Assembly: GCA_045601745.1 (NCBI GenBank)
Contig: JAZSAH010000019.1
Coordinates: forward strand, 1-52,474
Source of the DNA: Acutalibacteraceae bacterium
Lineage (GTDB): Bacteria > Bacillota > Clostridia > Oscillospirales > Acutalibacteraceae
Direction of reading: 5' to 3'
Length of the DNA: 52,474 bases
A program made the position numbers and the translations under genes. Below, piece after piece: positions 18,324 to 27,694 of the stretch (the stretch's first letter is position 1; each line of letters starts with the position of its first letter). The notes beneath the pieces are model-generated. The model was not told the DNA's origin, did no database searches, and was given only the letters and a program-made list of their open reading frames with translations.

Positions 18324-18866
18324 ATGCTTTATATGTTTTTTGCAAACGGATTTGAAGAAGTTGAAGCTATTGCAGCTCTTGATGTTATCAGAAGAGCCGG
18401 AATAGAAATTATGAGTGTCGGAGTCGGCGCTGAGGTTATAACTGGTTCTCATAACATTTCAGTTATATGCGACACAACAACCGATAAAATCGAGTTTGAC
18501 AATAATATCTCCGGAATTATTCTTCCCGGAGGTATGCCGGGAACAACCAATCTCATGAATTGCAAAGCTGTTGACAGGTTTATTGACCTGTGCCATGAAA
18601 AAAAGAAACTGATTTGCGCTATCTGTGCAGCTCCGATGATTCTCGGAAGAAAAGGGTTGCTTGAAGGCGTTGAAGCAGTTTGTTTCCCGGGATTTGAAAA
18701 TGAACTTAAAGGTGCTCTTATTTCCGAAAAATATGTTTGCATTTCAAACGGAATAATAACGGCAAAGGGTATGGGAAGCGCAGTTAATTTCGGTCTTGAA
18801 ATAGTTGCGGAATTACTCGGAAGAGATGTTTCGGATAAACTGAGAGAATCCTTGCAATGCTCATGA
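18324..18866 (+). CDS. DJ-1/PfpI (YajL/ThiJ) family deglycase/glyoxalase
   Basis: GFEEVEA, LPGGMPG, AICAAP. Confidence 0.92.
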   Translation: MLYMFFANGFEEVEAIAALDVIRRAGIEIMSVGVGAEVITGSHNISVICDTTTDKIEFDNNISGIILPGGMPGTTNLMNCKAVDRFIDLCHEKKKLICAICAAPMILGRKGLLEGVEAVCFPGFENELKGALISEKYVCISNGIITAKGMGSAVNFGLEIVAELLGRDVSDKLRESLQCS

Positions 18867-19423
18867 ACAACAAGAAAGAATTGAGGGATTTCTATCTCGG
18901 AATTCGGAATTGTATTTCCGATTCTGAAAAAATCAGATTTGACAGAATGATTTTCACGTCATTTATCAATTCTCATTTTTTTAATAATTATGACACATTT
19001 CTGGTTTATATTTCTTTTAACAGTGAAGTCGGAACTTCGGCTCTGATTCAGTATCTTCTTGAACATAAGAAAAAAGTGGCCGTTCCTTTCTGCTGCGGTA
19101 AAATAATGGATTTTTATTTTATAAATTCAGCAGACGAGCTTGTTGAAGGCAAATTCGGAATACCGAGCGTTGATATCAATAAAGCTGAAAAAGCGGAAAG
19201 TTTTGATAATACATTATGTATAGTTCCCGCCGTTTCATTTGATAATAACGGTAACAGACTTGGTTACGGTGGAGGCTACTATGACAGGTTTTTGTCAAAA
19301 AACAATATTCCGACTGTAGGGTTATGTTATCAGAGGTGTATTTCAAACATAATTCCTGCTGAGGATAATGATATAGCAATCGATTATATTTTAACTGAAG
19401 CTCAATTGTGGAACCATAAATAA
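18857..19423 (+). CDS. 5-formyltetrahydrofolate cyclo-ligase (start 18857 or 18863)
   Basis: KKELR, EVGT, VPAVSFD, RLGYGGGYYDRFL. Confidence 0.93.
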   Translation: MLMNNKKELRDFYLGIRNCISDSEKIRFDRMIFTSFINSHFFNNYDTFLVYISFNSEVGTSALIQYLLEHKKKVAVPFCCGKIMDFYFINSADELVEGKFGIPSVDINKAEKAESFDNTLCIVPAVSFDNNGNRLGYGGGYYDRFLSKNNIPTVGLCYQRCISNIIPAEDNDIAIDYILTEAQLWNHK

Positions 19424-19440
19424 TAAGGAGGTTTCTGCAT

Positions 19441-20811
19441 ATGGATAACGAAAATAAAATCAAGTTTAAAGTTAATATTGAAGATGACGGTTTTCTCAAC
19501 CCTGAGGATCTTGATAATTTAATGCCTCCTCCCGTTGTTACACCCGTCAAAAAGAAGTTTGAAGTTCATATTGATGACAACGAATCTTCTCTGACCAATA
19601 TCGACGATCAACAGCCGAGATATAACGGTGAGATTTATTTTTCCAACAGAAAACCCGCAAAAGCACCTGAACAGAATATACCTGTTCAGAATAAAACATC
19701 TTCGGCAAAGAAAAAAAGAAGGCGTCGTGCAACAAGTGCGATAACGGCTGTTTTCTTCTTTGTTGTTGTCATTTTTTCAACTGCGCTTTCCGCTTTTGCC
19801 ATTTCTTGCATAAATGATATTCTTGCATTCAGCAGAAGTGATGAAAAGGTTCAGATCAGTATTCCCAATGATGCAACAACTGATGAAATTATCGATATTC
19901 TCGCCGATCATGATCTTGTTAAACAAAAAGCTTTCTGCAAATTTTTCTATAAAGCTTTTGATTATGTAAAAAACATCAACAAAACAAAAAAACCTTCGCC
20001 TCCCGTTTACTTCGGTGATATTTATTATGTTGAAAAAAATCTCGGACTTGAAGGTTATCTCACCGAATTCAAGCAGATTGCCCAAACTGCAGATACTGTA
20101 ACTCTTGTTTTCCCTGAAGGCTGGACAATCTATCAGGTTTTTGATAAAATTGATGAATTCGGTGTATGCAGCAAAAAAGAGCTTCTTGCATCTGTAAGCG
20201 GCGCTGAATTTGACTACAGCTTTATTAAAGAAATCGGCACCGTTCCCAACAGAACTTTTACTCTTGAAGGATATCTTTATCCTGATACCTATGAGTTTTA
20301 TGAAGAAAGCAACGCAAACAGTGTTCTTCGAAAATTCCTTGATACTTCTGAATCAAAGTGGACTGAAGAATATGAGGCTCAGCGTGAAAAGCTTGGCATG
20401 ACCCGTGACGAAATAATAATTATTGCTTCAATCATTCAGCGTGAGGCAGCAAACAAAACACAGATGGGTGCTATTTCTTCAGTTATTCATAACAGACTCA
20501 GCCATCCTGTATCCTGGCCTCTTCTCGGATGTGACTCAACAAAAAATTATATAACAAACTATGTAAAACCGAATGTGACACCCGATAAAGCTGCTGTTTA
20601 TCAGAATTATTATGACACATATATCAGCCAGGGTCTTCCTCCCGGACCGATTTGTAACCCCGGCGATGATGCCATCAATGCTGCTCTTTTCCCCGACGAT
20701 ACCAACTATTATTATTTCCGTCATGATAAATACGGTCAGATTTATATGGCAAGAACGCAGTCCGAACATGACAGAAACGGTATTGAAGTACTAAAAGCAA
20801 ACAACCGTTAG
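19441..20811 (+). CDS. mltG: Endolytic transglycosylase MltG
   Basis: Cytoplasmic N-terminal extension plus TM; FPEG, LEGYLYPDTYEF, ASIIQRE, NRL, GLPPGPICNPG. Confidence 0.93.
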   Translation: MDNENKIKFKVNIEDDGFLNPEDLDNLMPPPVVTPVKKKFEVHIDDNESSLTNIDDQQPRYNGEIYFSNRKPAKAPEQNIPVQNKTSSAKKKRRRRATSAITAVFFFVVVIFSTALSAFAISCINDILAFSRSDEKVQISIPNDATTDEIIDILADHDLVKQKAFCKFFYKAFDYVKNINKTKKPSPPVYFGDIYYVEKNLGLEGYLTEFKQIAQTADTVTLVFPEGWTIYQVFDKIDEFGVCSKKELLASVSGAEFDYSFIKEIGTVPNRTFTLEGYLYPDTYEFYEESNANSVLRKFLDTSESKWTEEYEAQREKLGMTRDEIIIIASIIQREAANKTQMGAISSVIHNRLSHPVSWPLLGCDSTKNYITNYVKPNVTPDKAAVYQNYYDTYISQGLPPGPICNPGDDAINAALFPDDTNYYYFRHDKYGQIYMARTQSEHDRNGIEVLKANNR

Positions 20812-20824
20812 GAGTAAAAATCAT

Positions 20825-22075
20825 ATGTTTAAAATATCAAAACCCGAACTGCTTGCGCCCGCAGGAGATTTTGAACGTCTTGAAGCTGCTGTTGAGTACG
20901 GTGCAGATGCCGTATATCTCGGCTCTGATTGTTTCGGAATGCGCACAGCTGCCGCAAGCTTCGGCGGAGATAATTTGAAAAAAGCCTGCGATTATGCGCA
21001 TTCAAAGGGTGTCAGAGTATATCTGACCTGCAATACCGTTCCGAGAAACAACGAACTTTCCTTTCTTCCCGGTTTTTTAAAATATGCTGCCGAAAGCGGT
21101 GTTGATGCTTTTATAATAACCGATATCGGTGTAATGGGAATGGCAAAAAAATATGCTCCCGATGTTGAAATTCACATTTCAACTCAGGCAGGAATAACAA
21201 ACTATGCCGCTGCAAATGCGTTTTATGAATTGGGTGCAAAGAGAATAGTTACGGCAAGGGAGCTTTCACTTCAGGAAATAATTGAATTAAGAAAAAATAT
21301 TCCCGAAGACCTTGAGATAGAATGCTTTGTTCACGGTGCAATGTGTGTATCATTTTCCGGAAGATGCCTTCTTTCAAATTATATGACAGGCAGAGATTCC
21401 AACAGAGGCGACTGTGCTCAGCCTTGCCGTTGGCACTATTCTCTTGTTGAAGAAAAACGTCCCGGCGAATACTTTCCCGTTGAACAGGATAATACGGGAA
21501 CATACATAATGAACTCCCGTGATATGTGTCTTATTGAGCATATTCCCGAGCTTGTCAAAGCAGGTATAAACAGCTTTAAAATTGAGGGCAGAGCAAAATC
21601 AGCATATTACACGGCTGTTTCCGTAAACGCATACAGATGTGCGCTTGACAGCTATGAAAATTCAGGTTATTCCGAGGATTGGAAACCCGAAAAATGGATT
21701 GTTGATGAAGTCAGAAAAGCAAGCAACCGTCAATATTGCACTGGATTCTATTTTTCAACTCCCATGGACGATGCCGAGATATTCTATAACGGTGGATATG
21801 TCCGCGAATGGGATGTTGCTGCAATTGCTGAGGATTGGAAAGACGGTGTTCTTTATGCTTCACAACGCAACAGATTCTTTGAGGGCGATGAACTCGAAGT
21901 TATGATAAAAGGCAAAGAGCCCGTTAAAATAACTGTTAAGAACCTGAAAAATGAAGACGGAGAAATGATTGAGAATGCACCTCATCCCATGATGAAATTC
22001 ACTATAGACTGTCCCGTTGAAATTCCTGCCGGTTCATACCTCAGAATGAAAAGAAAATCCGATATAATATTATAA
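20825..22075 (+). CDS. U32 family protein (TrhP-like tRNA hydroxylation)
   Basis: PELLAPAG, GADAVY, HISTQ, HGAMCVSFSGRC, NRGDCAQPCR, KIEGR. Confidence 0.92.
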   Translation: MFKISKPELLAPAGDFERLEAAVEYGADAVYLGSDCFGMRTAAASFGGDNLKKACDYAHSKGVRVYLTCNTVPRNNELSFLPGFLKYAAESGVDAFIITDIGVMGMAKKYAPDVEIHISTQAGITNYAAANAFYELGAKRIVTARELSLQEIIELRKNIPEDLEIECFVHGAMCVSFSGRCLLSNYMTGRDSNRGDCAQPCRWHYSLVEEKRPGEYFPVEQDNTGTYIMNSRDMCLIEHIPELVKAGINSFKIEGRAKSAYYTAVSVNAYRCALDSYENSGYSEDWKPEKWIVDEVRKASNRQYCTGFYFSTPMDDAEIFYNGGYVREWDVAAIAEDWKDGVLYASQRNRFFEGDELEVMIKGKEPVKITVKNLKNEDGEMIENAPHPMMKFTIDCPVEIPAGSYLRMKRKSDIIL

Positions 22076-22085
22076 TCAGTTTTAG

Positions 22086-22114
22086 AAACCGGGTCGTAAA
22101 AAGCCCGGTTTTTT
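22086..22114 (+). terminator. Intrinsic terminator
   Basis: AAACCGGGT / GCCCGGTTT plus T tract. Confidence 0.75.
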
Positions 22115-22168
22115 GTTGTTTTATGAGATATATTCAGATAAATTGTAAACAATAACTTGTGCAAATTC

Positions 22169-22196
22169 TTGACATTGCTTCAATATGTGGTATAAT
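22169..22196 (+). promoter_or_regulatory. SigA promoter of the topoisomerase pair
   Basis: TTGACA-16-TATAAT with TG extension. Confidence 0.75.
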
Positions 22197-22236
22197 TGTA
22201 TTGGTAAAATTTGCGAATTTTGGGAGGATTGACCGA

Positions 22237-24225
22237 ATGGCTAAAAAACCCGAATATAATAATGAAAGCATGACCTTGCTTAAAGGTCCCGATAAAGTCA
22301 GAAAAAGACCTGCGGTAATTTTCGGTTCAGACAGTCTTGAGGGTTGTCAGCATGCTGCTTTTGAAATTATATCAAACTCTATTGACGAAGCAAGAGAAGG
22401 CTTCGGTAACAGGATAATTGTTACAAGATATGCTGACCACTCAATTGAAGTTCAGGACTTCGGCAGAGGTCTTCCCGTCGATTATAATAATAAAGAAAAG
22501 CGTTATAACTGGGAACTTGCTTTCTGCGAAATGTATGCAGGAAGCAAATATGACACCAATAATAACGGAAGCTATGAATATTCACTCGGTCTCAACGGTC
22601 TCGGCTTGTGCTCAACTCAGTTTGCTTCAGATTATATGGAAGCGGAGATTCATAACGGCGGTTATAAATATACCCTTAATTTTAAAAAGGGATTTATTGT
22701 CGGAGATATGATTAAGGAGGAATACACCAAAAAGGATACAGGCACAAGAATCAAATGGCTTCCCGACCTTGAAGTTTTTACTGATATTGATATTCCTCTT
22801 GAATATTTTCAGGATACTCTCAAAAAGCAGGCTGTAGTTAATGCGGGCGTTAAGTTTATTCTTAAAAATCAGGTCGGCAAAAGCTTTGAAACCTATGAAT
22901 ATCTTTATGAAAACGGCATAGAAGACTATGTCAAGGAATGCGTCGGTGCAGATGCATTGACAAGCGTTCAGACATGGCAGGGTGATGCAGTCGGCAGAGA
23001 CAGAGAAGATTTGCCGGACTATAAGCTCAAAATGAATATTTCACTTACTTTTTCCAATAAATTTCAGCTCAAGGAATTTTATCATAATTCAAGCTTTCTC
23101 GAAAACGGCGGTTCACCCGATAAGGCAACCCGTCTCGGATTTGTTGCTCAGATAGATTCTTATCTCAAACAAAACAATAAATATCAGAAAAGCGACAGTA
23201 AAATAACATTCCAGGATATTGAAGATTGTTTAGTTCTTGTTATCTCGTCTTTTTCAACTCAGACATCCTATGCAAATCAGACAAAGAAGGCGATAACAAA
23301 CAAATTTATTCAGGATGCAATGACAGACTTTATCAAGCATCAGCTTGAAGTTTATTTTATCGAGAATCCTCTTGAAGCCGGTAAGATTGCAGACCAGGTT
23401 CTTATCAATATGAGAAGCCGTGTCAAGGCTGAAAAAACAAGACTCGGTATGAAAGAATCGCTCATACAGAATGTCAGCAACCTTACAAACCGCATTCAGA
23501 AATTTGTTGATTGCAGAACGAAGGATGTTGAACTTCGCGAGCTTTTCATAGTTGAGGGTGACTCTGCTTTGGGAGCTTGTAAACAGTCAAGAAACGCTGA
23601 ATTCCAGGCTATCATGCCCGTAAGAGGTAAAATTCTCAACTGCCTTAAATCTGAATATGACCGTATTTTTAAAAGTGATGTCATCACCGATCTTGTCAAA
23701 GTTATCGGATGCGGCGTTGAAGTTCCTTCAAAAAAGAAATCAGGAAAAGATATGATTTCGTTTAACCTTGATATGCTGAAGTGGAACAAGATTATTATCT
23801 GCACCGATGCTGATGTTGACGGTTTCCATATCAGAACGCTTATTCTGACAATGATTTACCGACTTATGCCCACCCTGATCAATGAAGGAAAAGTTTTTAT
23901 TGCCGAATCACCGCTTTACGAAATCAACTGCGGTGACGAAACCTGGTTTGCATACACGGAGAAGGAAAAGAATGATGTTATTGCTGAAATCGGAAATAAA
24001 AAGTATTCGATTCAGCGTTCAAAGGGTCTCGGTGAAAACGACCCCGAAATGATGTCCCTTACCACAATGAATCCTTCGACAAGACGACTTATTAAAATCG
24101 AACCTTCATTTGCTCAGGAAACAGCAGATAAATTTGATTTACTGCTCGGAGATAACCTCATCGGAAGAAAAGACTATATTTCCGAAAACGGTCATCTTTA
24201 TATGGATCTGACCGACGTTTCATAA
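22237..24225 (+). CDS. parE: Type IIA topoisomerase subunit B (divergent; probably topo IV ParE-like)
   Basis: GGGAGG SD, ATG 22237; VRKRP, EIISNSIDE, DFGRG, VEGDSA, PVRGKILN, DADVDG, KGLGE. Confidence 0.8.
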   Translation: MAKKPEYNNESMTLLKGPDKVRKRPAVIFGSDSLEGCQHAAFEIISNSIDEAREGFGNRIIVTRYADHSIEVQDFGRGLPVDYNNKEKRYNWELAFCEMYAGSKYDTNNNGSYEYSLGLNGLGLCSTQFASDYMEAEIHNGGYKYTLNFKKGFIVGDMIKEEYTKKDTGTRIKWLPDLEVFTDIDIPLEYFQDTLKKQAVVNAGVKFILKNQVGKSFETYEYLYENGIEDYVKECVGADALTSVQTWQGDAVGRDREDLPDYKLKMNISLTFSNKFQLKEFYHNSSFLENGGSPDKATRLGFVAQIDSYLKQNNKYQKSDSKITFQDIEDCLVLVISSFSTQTSYANQTKKAITNKFIQDAMTDFIKHQLEVYFIENPLEAGKIADQVLINMRSRVKAEKTRLGMKESLIQNVSNLTNRIQKFVDCRTKDVELRELFIVEGDSALGACKQSRNAEFQAIMPVRGKILNCLKSEYDRIFKSDVITDLVKVIGCGVEVPSKKKSGKDMISFNLDMLKWNKIIICTDADVDGFHIRTLILTMIYRLMPTLINEGKVFIAESPLYEINCGDETWFAYTEKEKNDVIAEIGNKKYSIQRSKGLGENDPEMMSLTTMNPSTRRLIKIEPSFAQETADKFDLLLGDNLIGRKDYISENGHLYMDLTDVS

Positions 24226-24247
24226 TTTTATTACGGAGTTAGATATA

Positions 24248-26488
24248 ATGGCTAAAAAAAGTAAAAAGGATATTTCTTCATCGCTCAGACAACTTGATGA
24301 TAAAACGCATATTTTCGGCGCAGGTGATGTTGCAAACCAGAGTATTGTTGATGCTCTCGAAGTCAACTTTATGCCCTATGCAATGAGTGTTATCATGTCG
24401 AGAGCCATACCCGAGATTGACGGATTCAAGCCTTCACACAGAAAGATTCTTTATATGATGTATAAAATGGGTCTTTTAACAGGTGCAAGAGCAAAGTCCG
24501 CCAAAATTGTGGGACAGGTTATGCAGCTCAATCCTCACGGCGACGCTGCCATATATGACACAATGGTCCGACTTTCCAAAGGATACGAAGCACTTCTTCA
24601 TCCCTATGTTGATTCAAAAGGTAACTTCGGTAAAGCTTTTTCGAGAGATATGATGTGGGCTGCATCACGTTATACGGAAGCGAAGCTTGAAAAAATCTGC
24701 ACGGAATTTTTTGTTGATATCGATAAAGATACTGTTGACATGGTCGATAACTTCGATAACACTATGAAAGAACCTGCACTTTTGCCCGTTAATTTCCCAA
24801 GTGTTCTTGTCAACGCAAACACGGGTATCGCAGCAGGTATGGCAAGCTCAATCTGTTCTTTCAATCTTGAAGAAGTATGTAAAACAACAATTGAATTAAT
24901 CAAAAACCCGAAACATGATGTAACGGAAACACTTCTTGCTCCCGATTTTGCCGGCGGCGGTCTTCTGGTTTATAACAGAGAAAACATGGAAGAGATTTAT
25001 CGCACGGGCAGGGGAGGCTTCAAGGTCAGAGCGAGATACAGTTTTGACAAATCAAACAGCTGTATTGAAATAACTGAAATTCCTCCCACAACAACCTGTG
25101 AAGCGATAATCGACAGAATTATCGAGAAGGTCAAAACGGGTTCAATCAAGGAAATCAATGATATCAGAGATGAAACCGACCTCGGCGGTCTTAAGATCGC
25201 AATTGATGTAAAAAAAGGCACTGACCCCGATAAGCTCATGAAAAAGCTTTATGATACAACACCGCTTCAGGATACATTCTCCTGCAATTTCAATGTTCTT
25301 ATCAAGGGAAATCCGAGAGTTCTCGGCGTCAAAGAATTGCTCAATGAATGGATTGATTTCAGAAGTGACTGTGTAAGAAGAAGAACGGCTTTCGATCTGA
25401 AACGCGCTTCCGACAGACTTCATCTTCTCAGAGGTCTTGAAAAAATTCTTCTTGATATTGATAAAGCTATTAAAATCATCAGAAATACAGAAGAAGAATC
25501 TGAAGTTGTCCCCAACCTCATGATCGGTTTTAAAATTGATAAAATTCAGGCAGAGTATGTTGCGGAAATAAAGCTTCGTCATCTCAACAAAGAATATATC
25601 CTCAAACGTCTTCAGGATATCGAAAAGCTTGAAACTGCAATAAAAGACCTCAATGATATCCTTGATACTCCCAAGAGAATAAAACAGATTATCATTCTCG
25701 AGCTTAAGGAAGTAATCAAGAAATATGCAAAACCGAGAAAAACGGAAGTTGTTTATTCAACTGAAATAGATGATTCACCCGTTGAGGAAGAAATACCCGA
25801 TTATCCTGTTCATATTTTCTTCACGAAAGACGGTTATTTCAAAAAAATAACTCCTCTTTCACTCCGAATGAGTGGAGCACAAAAACTCAAGGAAGGCGAC
25901 GAAATTTCACAGACATTTGAAACAACAAATGCAAAAGAGCTTTTGTTCTTCACAAATAAATGTCAGGTATATAAGTCAAGCATTTCTGCATTTGAGGATT
26001 CCAAGGCAAGTGTTCTCGGAGATTACATTCCGGCAAAGCTTGAAATGGAAGAAGGCGAAAATCCCGTTTTCATGGCTCTCACAAGTGATTACAGCGGTTA
26101 TATGATGTTTTTCTTTGAAAACGGAAAGACTGCAAAAATCGATATGAAAGCATATCAGACTGTCACAAAACGCAAAAAACTTATAAAAGCATATTCGGAT
26201 AAATCACCCCTTGCTGCAATACTTCAGCTTCCCGAGGATAAAGAACTTGTTGTTGTTTCAAGCTCGGGCAGACATCTTCTTATCAACACGGCAGTAATCC
26301 TTCCCAAGACTACAAAGGATACAATCGGCGTTGGCGTTCTTACTCTCAAAAAAGGTCACAGACTTATGACAGCCCGTGAATATAAGGAAGGCGAATTTGC
26401 AAAACCCCACAGATATAAAGCAAAAAATCTTCCTGCTGCAGGTGCATTGCTCAGCGCAGAAGATGAAGAAGAACAGATAACATTTTAA
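24248..26488 (+). CDS. parC: Type IIA topoisomerase subunit A (no GyrA box; topo IV ParC-like)
   Basis: DGFKPSHR, PHGD, ASRYTE (catalytic Tyr), GIAAGMA; shortened CTD lacking QxRGGKG. Confidence 0.8.
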   Translation: MAKKSKKDISSSLRQLDDKTHIFGAGDVANQSIVDALEVNFMPYAMSVIMSRAIPEIDGFKPSHRKILYMMYKMGLLTGARAKSAKIVGQVMQLNPHGDAAIYDTMVRLSKGYEALLHPYVDSKGNFGKAFSRDMMWAASRYTEAKLEKICTEFFVDIDKDTVDMVDNFDNTMKEPALLPVNFPSVLVNANTGIAAGMASSICSFNLEEVCKTTIELIKNPKHDVTETLLAPDFAGGGLLVYNRENMEEIYRTGRGGFKVRARYSFDKSNSCIEITEIPPTTTCEAIIDRIIEKVKTGSIKEINDIRDETDLGGLKIAIDVKKGTDPDKLMKKLYDTTPLQDTFSCNFNVLIKGNPRVLGVKELLNEWIDFRSDCVRRRTAFDLKRASDRLHLLRGLEKILLDIDKAIKIIRNTEEESEVVPNLMIGFKIDKIQAEYVAEIKLRHLNKEYILKRLQDIEKLETAIKDLNDILDTPKRIKQIIILELKEVIKKYAKPRKTEVVYSTEIDDSPVEEEIPDYPVHIFFTKDGYFKKITPLSLRMSGAQKLKEGDEISQTFETTNAKELLFFTNKCQVYKSSISAFEDSKASVLGDYIPAKLEMEEGENPVFMALTSDYSGYMMFFFENGKTAKIDMKAYQTVTKRKKLIKAYSDKSPLAAILQLPEDKELVVVSSSGRHLLINTAVILPKTTKDTIGVGVLTLKKGHRLMTAREYKEGEFAKPHRYKAKNLPAAGALLSAEDEEEQITF

Positions 26489-26657
26489 TATAATAGCCGT
26501 TCAAAGTCGGGCATCCCCACAATGAACGGCTATGACTGAATTTTTCAGTCAGACAGAGAAAATGCAAACGCTGTTATCTTTTTCTCTGCAAAAATATAAT
26601 AACCTTTATTTATTTTTAAATTCATTGTATTTTATCCCAATAAAATAAAAAATATGC

Positions 26658-26686
26658 TTGCATTTGAGATAATAATGTGTTAAAAT
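26658..26686 (+). promoter_or_regulatory. SigA promoter of secG
   Basis: TTGCAT-17-TAAAAT with TG extension. Confidence 0.6.
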
Positions 26687-26721
26687 CCTTTAGTAAAATA
26701 TTAATTGGAGGTTTATGACCT

Positions 26722-26973
26722 ATGGCATGGTATGAAATCGTGTTAGGTATCGTTCTTATCGTTACTTCTCTTGCACTCGTTGCTATGGTTCTTCTTCAGG
26801 AAGGCCGTCAGCAGGGTCTTTCAGGCGCTATTGCAGGCGGTGCTGAAACATTCCTTGGCAAGAGCAAGAGCAAGACAATTGAACAGAAGCTTGTTAAAAT
26901 AACAAAGATTCTTGCTATCATTTTCTTTGTTCTTTCACTTGTTTCAACACTTGTTGTTCTCTTTATTAAGTGA
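26722..26973 (+). CDS. secG: Preprotein translocase subunit SecG
   Basis: Two TM helices flanking VLLQEGRQQGLSGAIAGGAETFLGK. Confidence 0.95.
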   Translation: MAWYEIVLGIVLIVTSLALVAMVLLQEGRQQGLSGAIAGGAETFLGKSKSKTIEQKLVKITKILAIIFFVLSLVSTLVVLFIK

Positions 26974-26985
26974 TTAACGCAATAT

Positions 26986-27012
26986 AAGAGCTGCTTTCGG
27001 GCAGCTCTTTTT
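26986..27012 (+). terminator. Intrinsic terminator
   Basis: AAGAGCTGCT-TTCG-GGCAGCTCTT plus T tract. Confidence 0.85.
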
Positions 27013-27079
27013 TGCTTTTATATGAATATGATATAAAGATTTGCAGATAATATTATTACCAAATTATAAGGAGGATATT

Positions 27080-27265
27080 ATGGCAAATCTTACTTCAAAA
27101 GAATTGTCTGCAATCGAAGACCAACTTAACTGCGAGCAGATGCTTATCAAAAAGTTCAAAGCATATGCACAGATTGCAACCGACCCTCAGGTTAAAACAA
27201 CCTGCGAACAAATCGCAAATCAGCACAAGCAGCATTTTGACACTCTTATGGGTCACTTGTATTAA
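27080..27265 (+). CDS. Small spore coat (Coat F-like) protein
   Basis: AAGGAGG SD, ATG 27080; LTSKELSAIEDQL...DPQVK...HKQHFDTL helical pattern; paired with the next gene. Confidence 0.75.
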   Translation: MANLTSKELSAIEDQLNCEQMLIKKFKAYAQIATDPQVKTTCEQIANQHKQHFDTLMGHLY

Positions 27266-27277
27266 GGAGGGTTTTCT

Positions 27278-27553
27278 TTGATTAATTTTTCCGATTTAAC
27301 CGACAGAGAAATCATGGATGATATTTTAACATCTCAGAAGCATATTACAGGCGTTTATAATACATTTTCTAACGAATGTGTAAATCAGAAACTCCAGGAT
27401 GATATGCTGAAAATTCTTAACGAAGAACATTCGATTCAGTTTTCAGTTTTCAGCGATATGCAGAAAAAAGGATGGTATAATCCCGGCGCTGCACAGGCAC
27501 AGATGATTGAAGAAACAAAAACAAAATTTGAAAACATCTCAAAACAGCTTTGA
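27278..27553 (+). CDS. Spore coat protein, Coat F family
   Basis: AAGGAGG SD, TTG start; LTDREIMDDIL, YNTFSNEC, MQKKGWY. Confidence 0.8.
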   Translation: MINFSDLTDREIMDDILTSQKHITGVYNTFSNECVNQKLQDDMLKILNEEHSIQFSVFSDMQKKGWYNPGAAQAQMIEETKTKFENISKQL

Positions 27554-27561
27554 TAAAATAT

Positions 27562-27589
27562 GCGGACACTTCGGTGTCCGTTATTTTTT
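27562..27589 (+). terminator. Intrinsic terminator
   Basis: GCGGACAC-TTCG-GTGTCCGT plus TATTTTTT. Confidence 0.8.
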
Positions 27590-27694
27590 AAAAATTTTTA
27601 TAAAAAAGGGTTGGAAAATCCTGAGTTTTCTTATATAATACAGTTATAATGGGTTGATATGGATTATATCAATATCATAAATAAGGAGTAAGCT

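Noticed and set aside
22142-22166. Partial resemblance to the dif-like arm (TTGTGCAA) upstream of parE
   Set aside because: Only one partial arm with wrong spacing; expected by chance in AT-rich DNA
22159-22236. N-terminal extensions in the ORF track (parE; likewise pheA, aroC, DAHP synthase, ROK, murB, xer, isomerase)
   Set aside because: They overlap promoters or upstream genes; downstream ATGs have clear SD sequences
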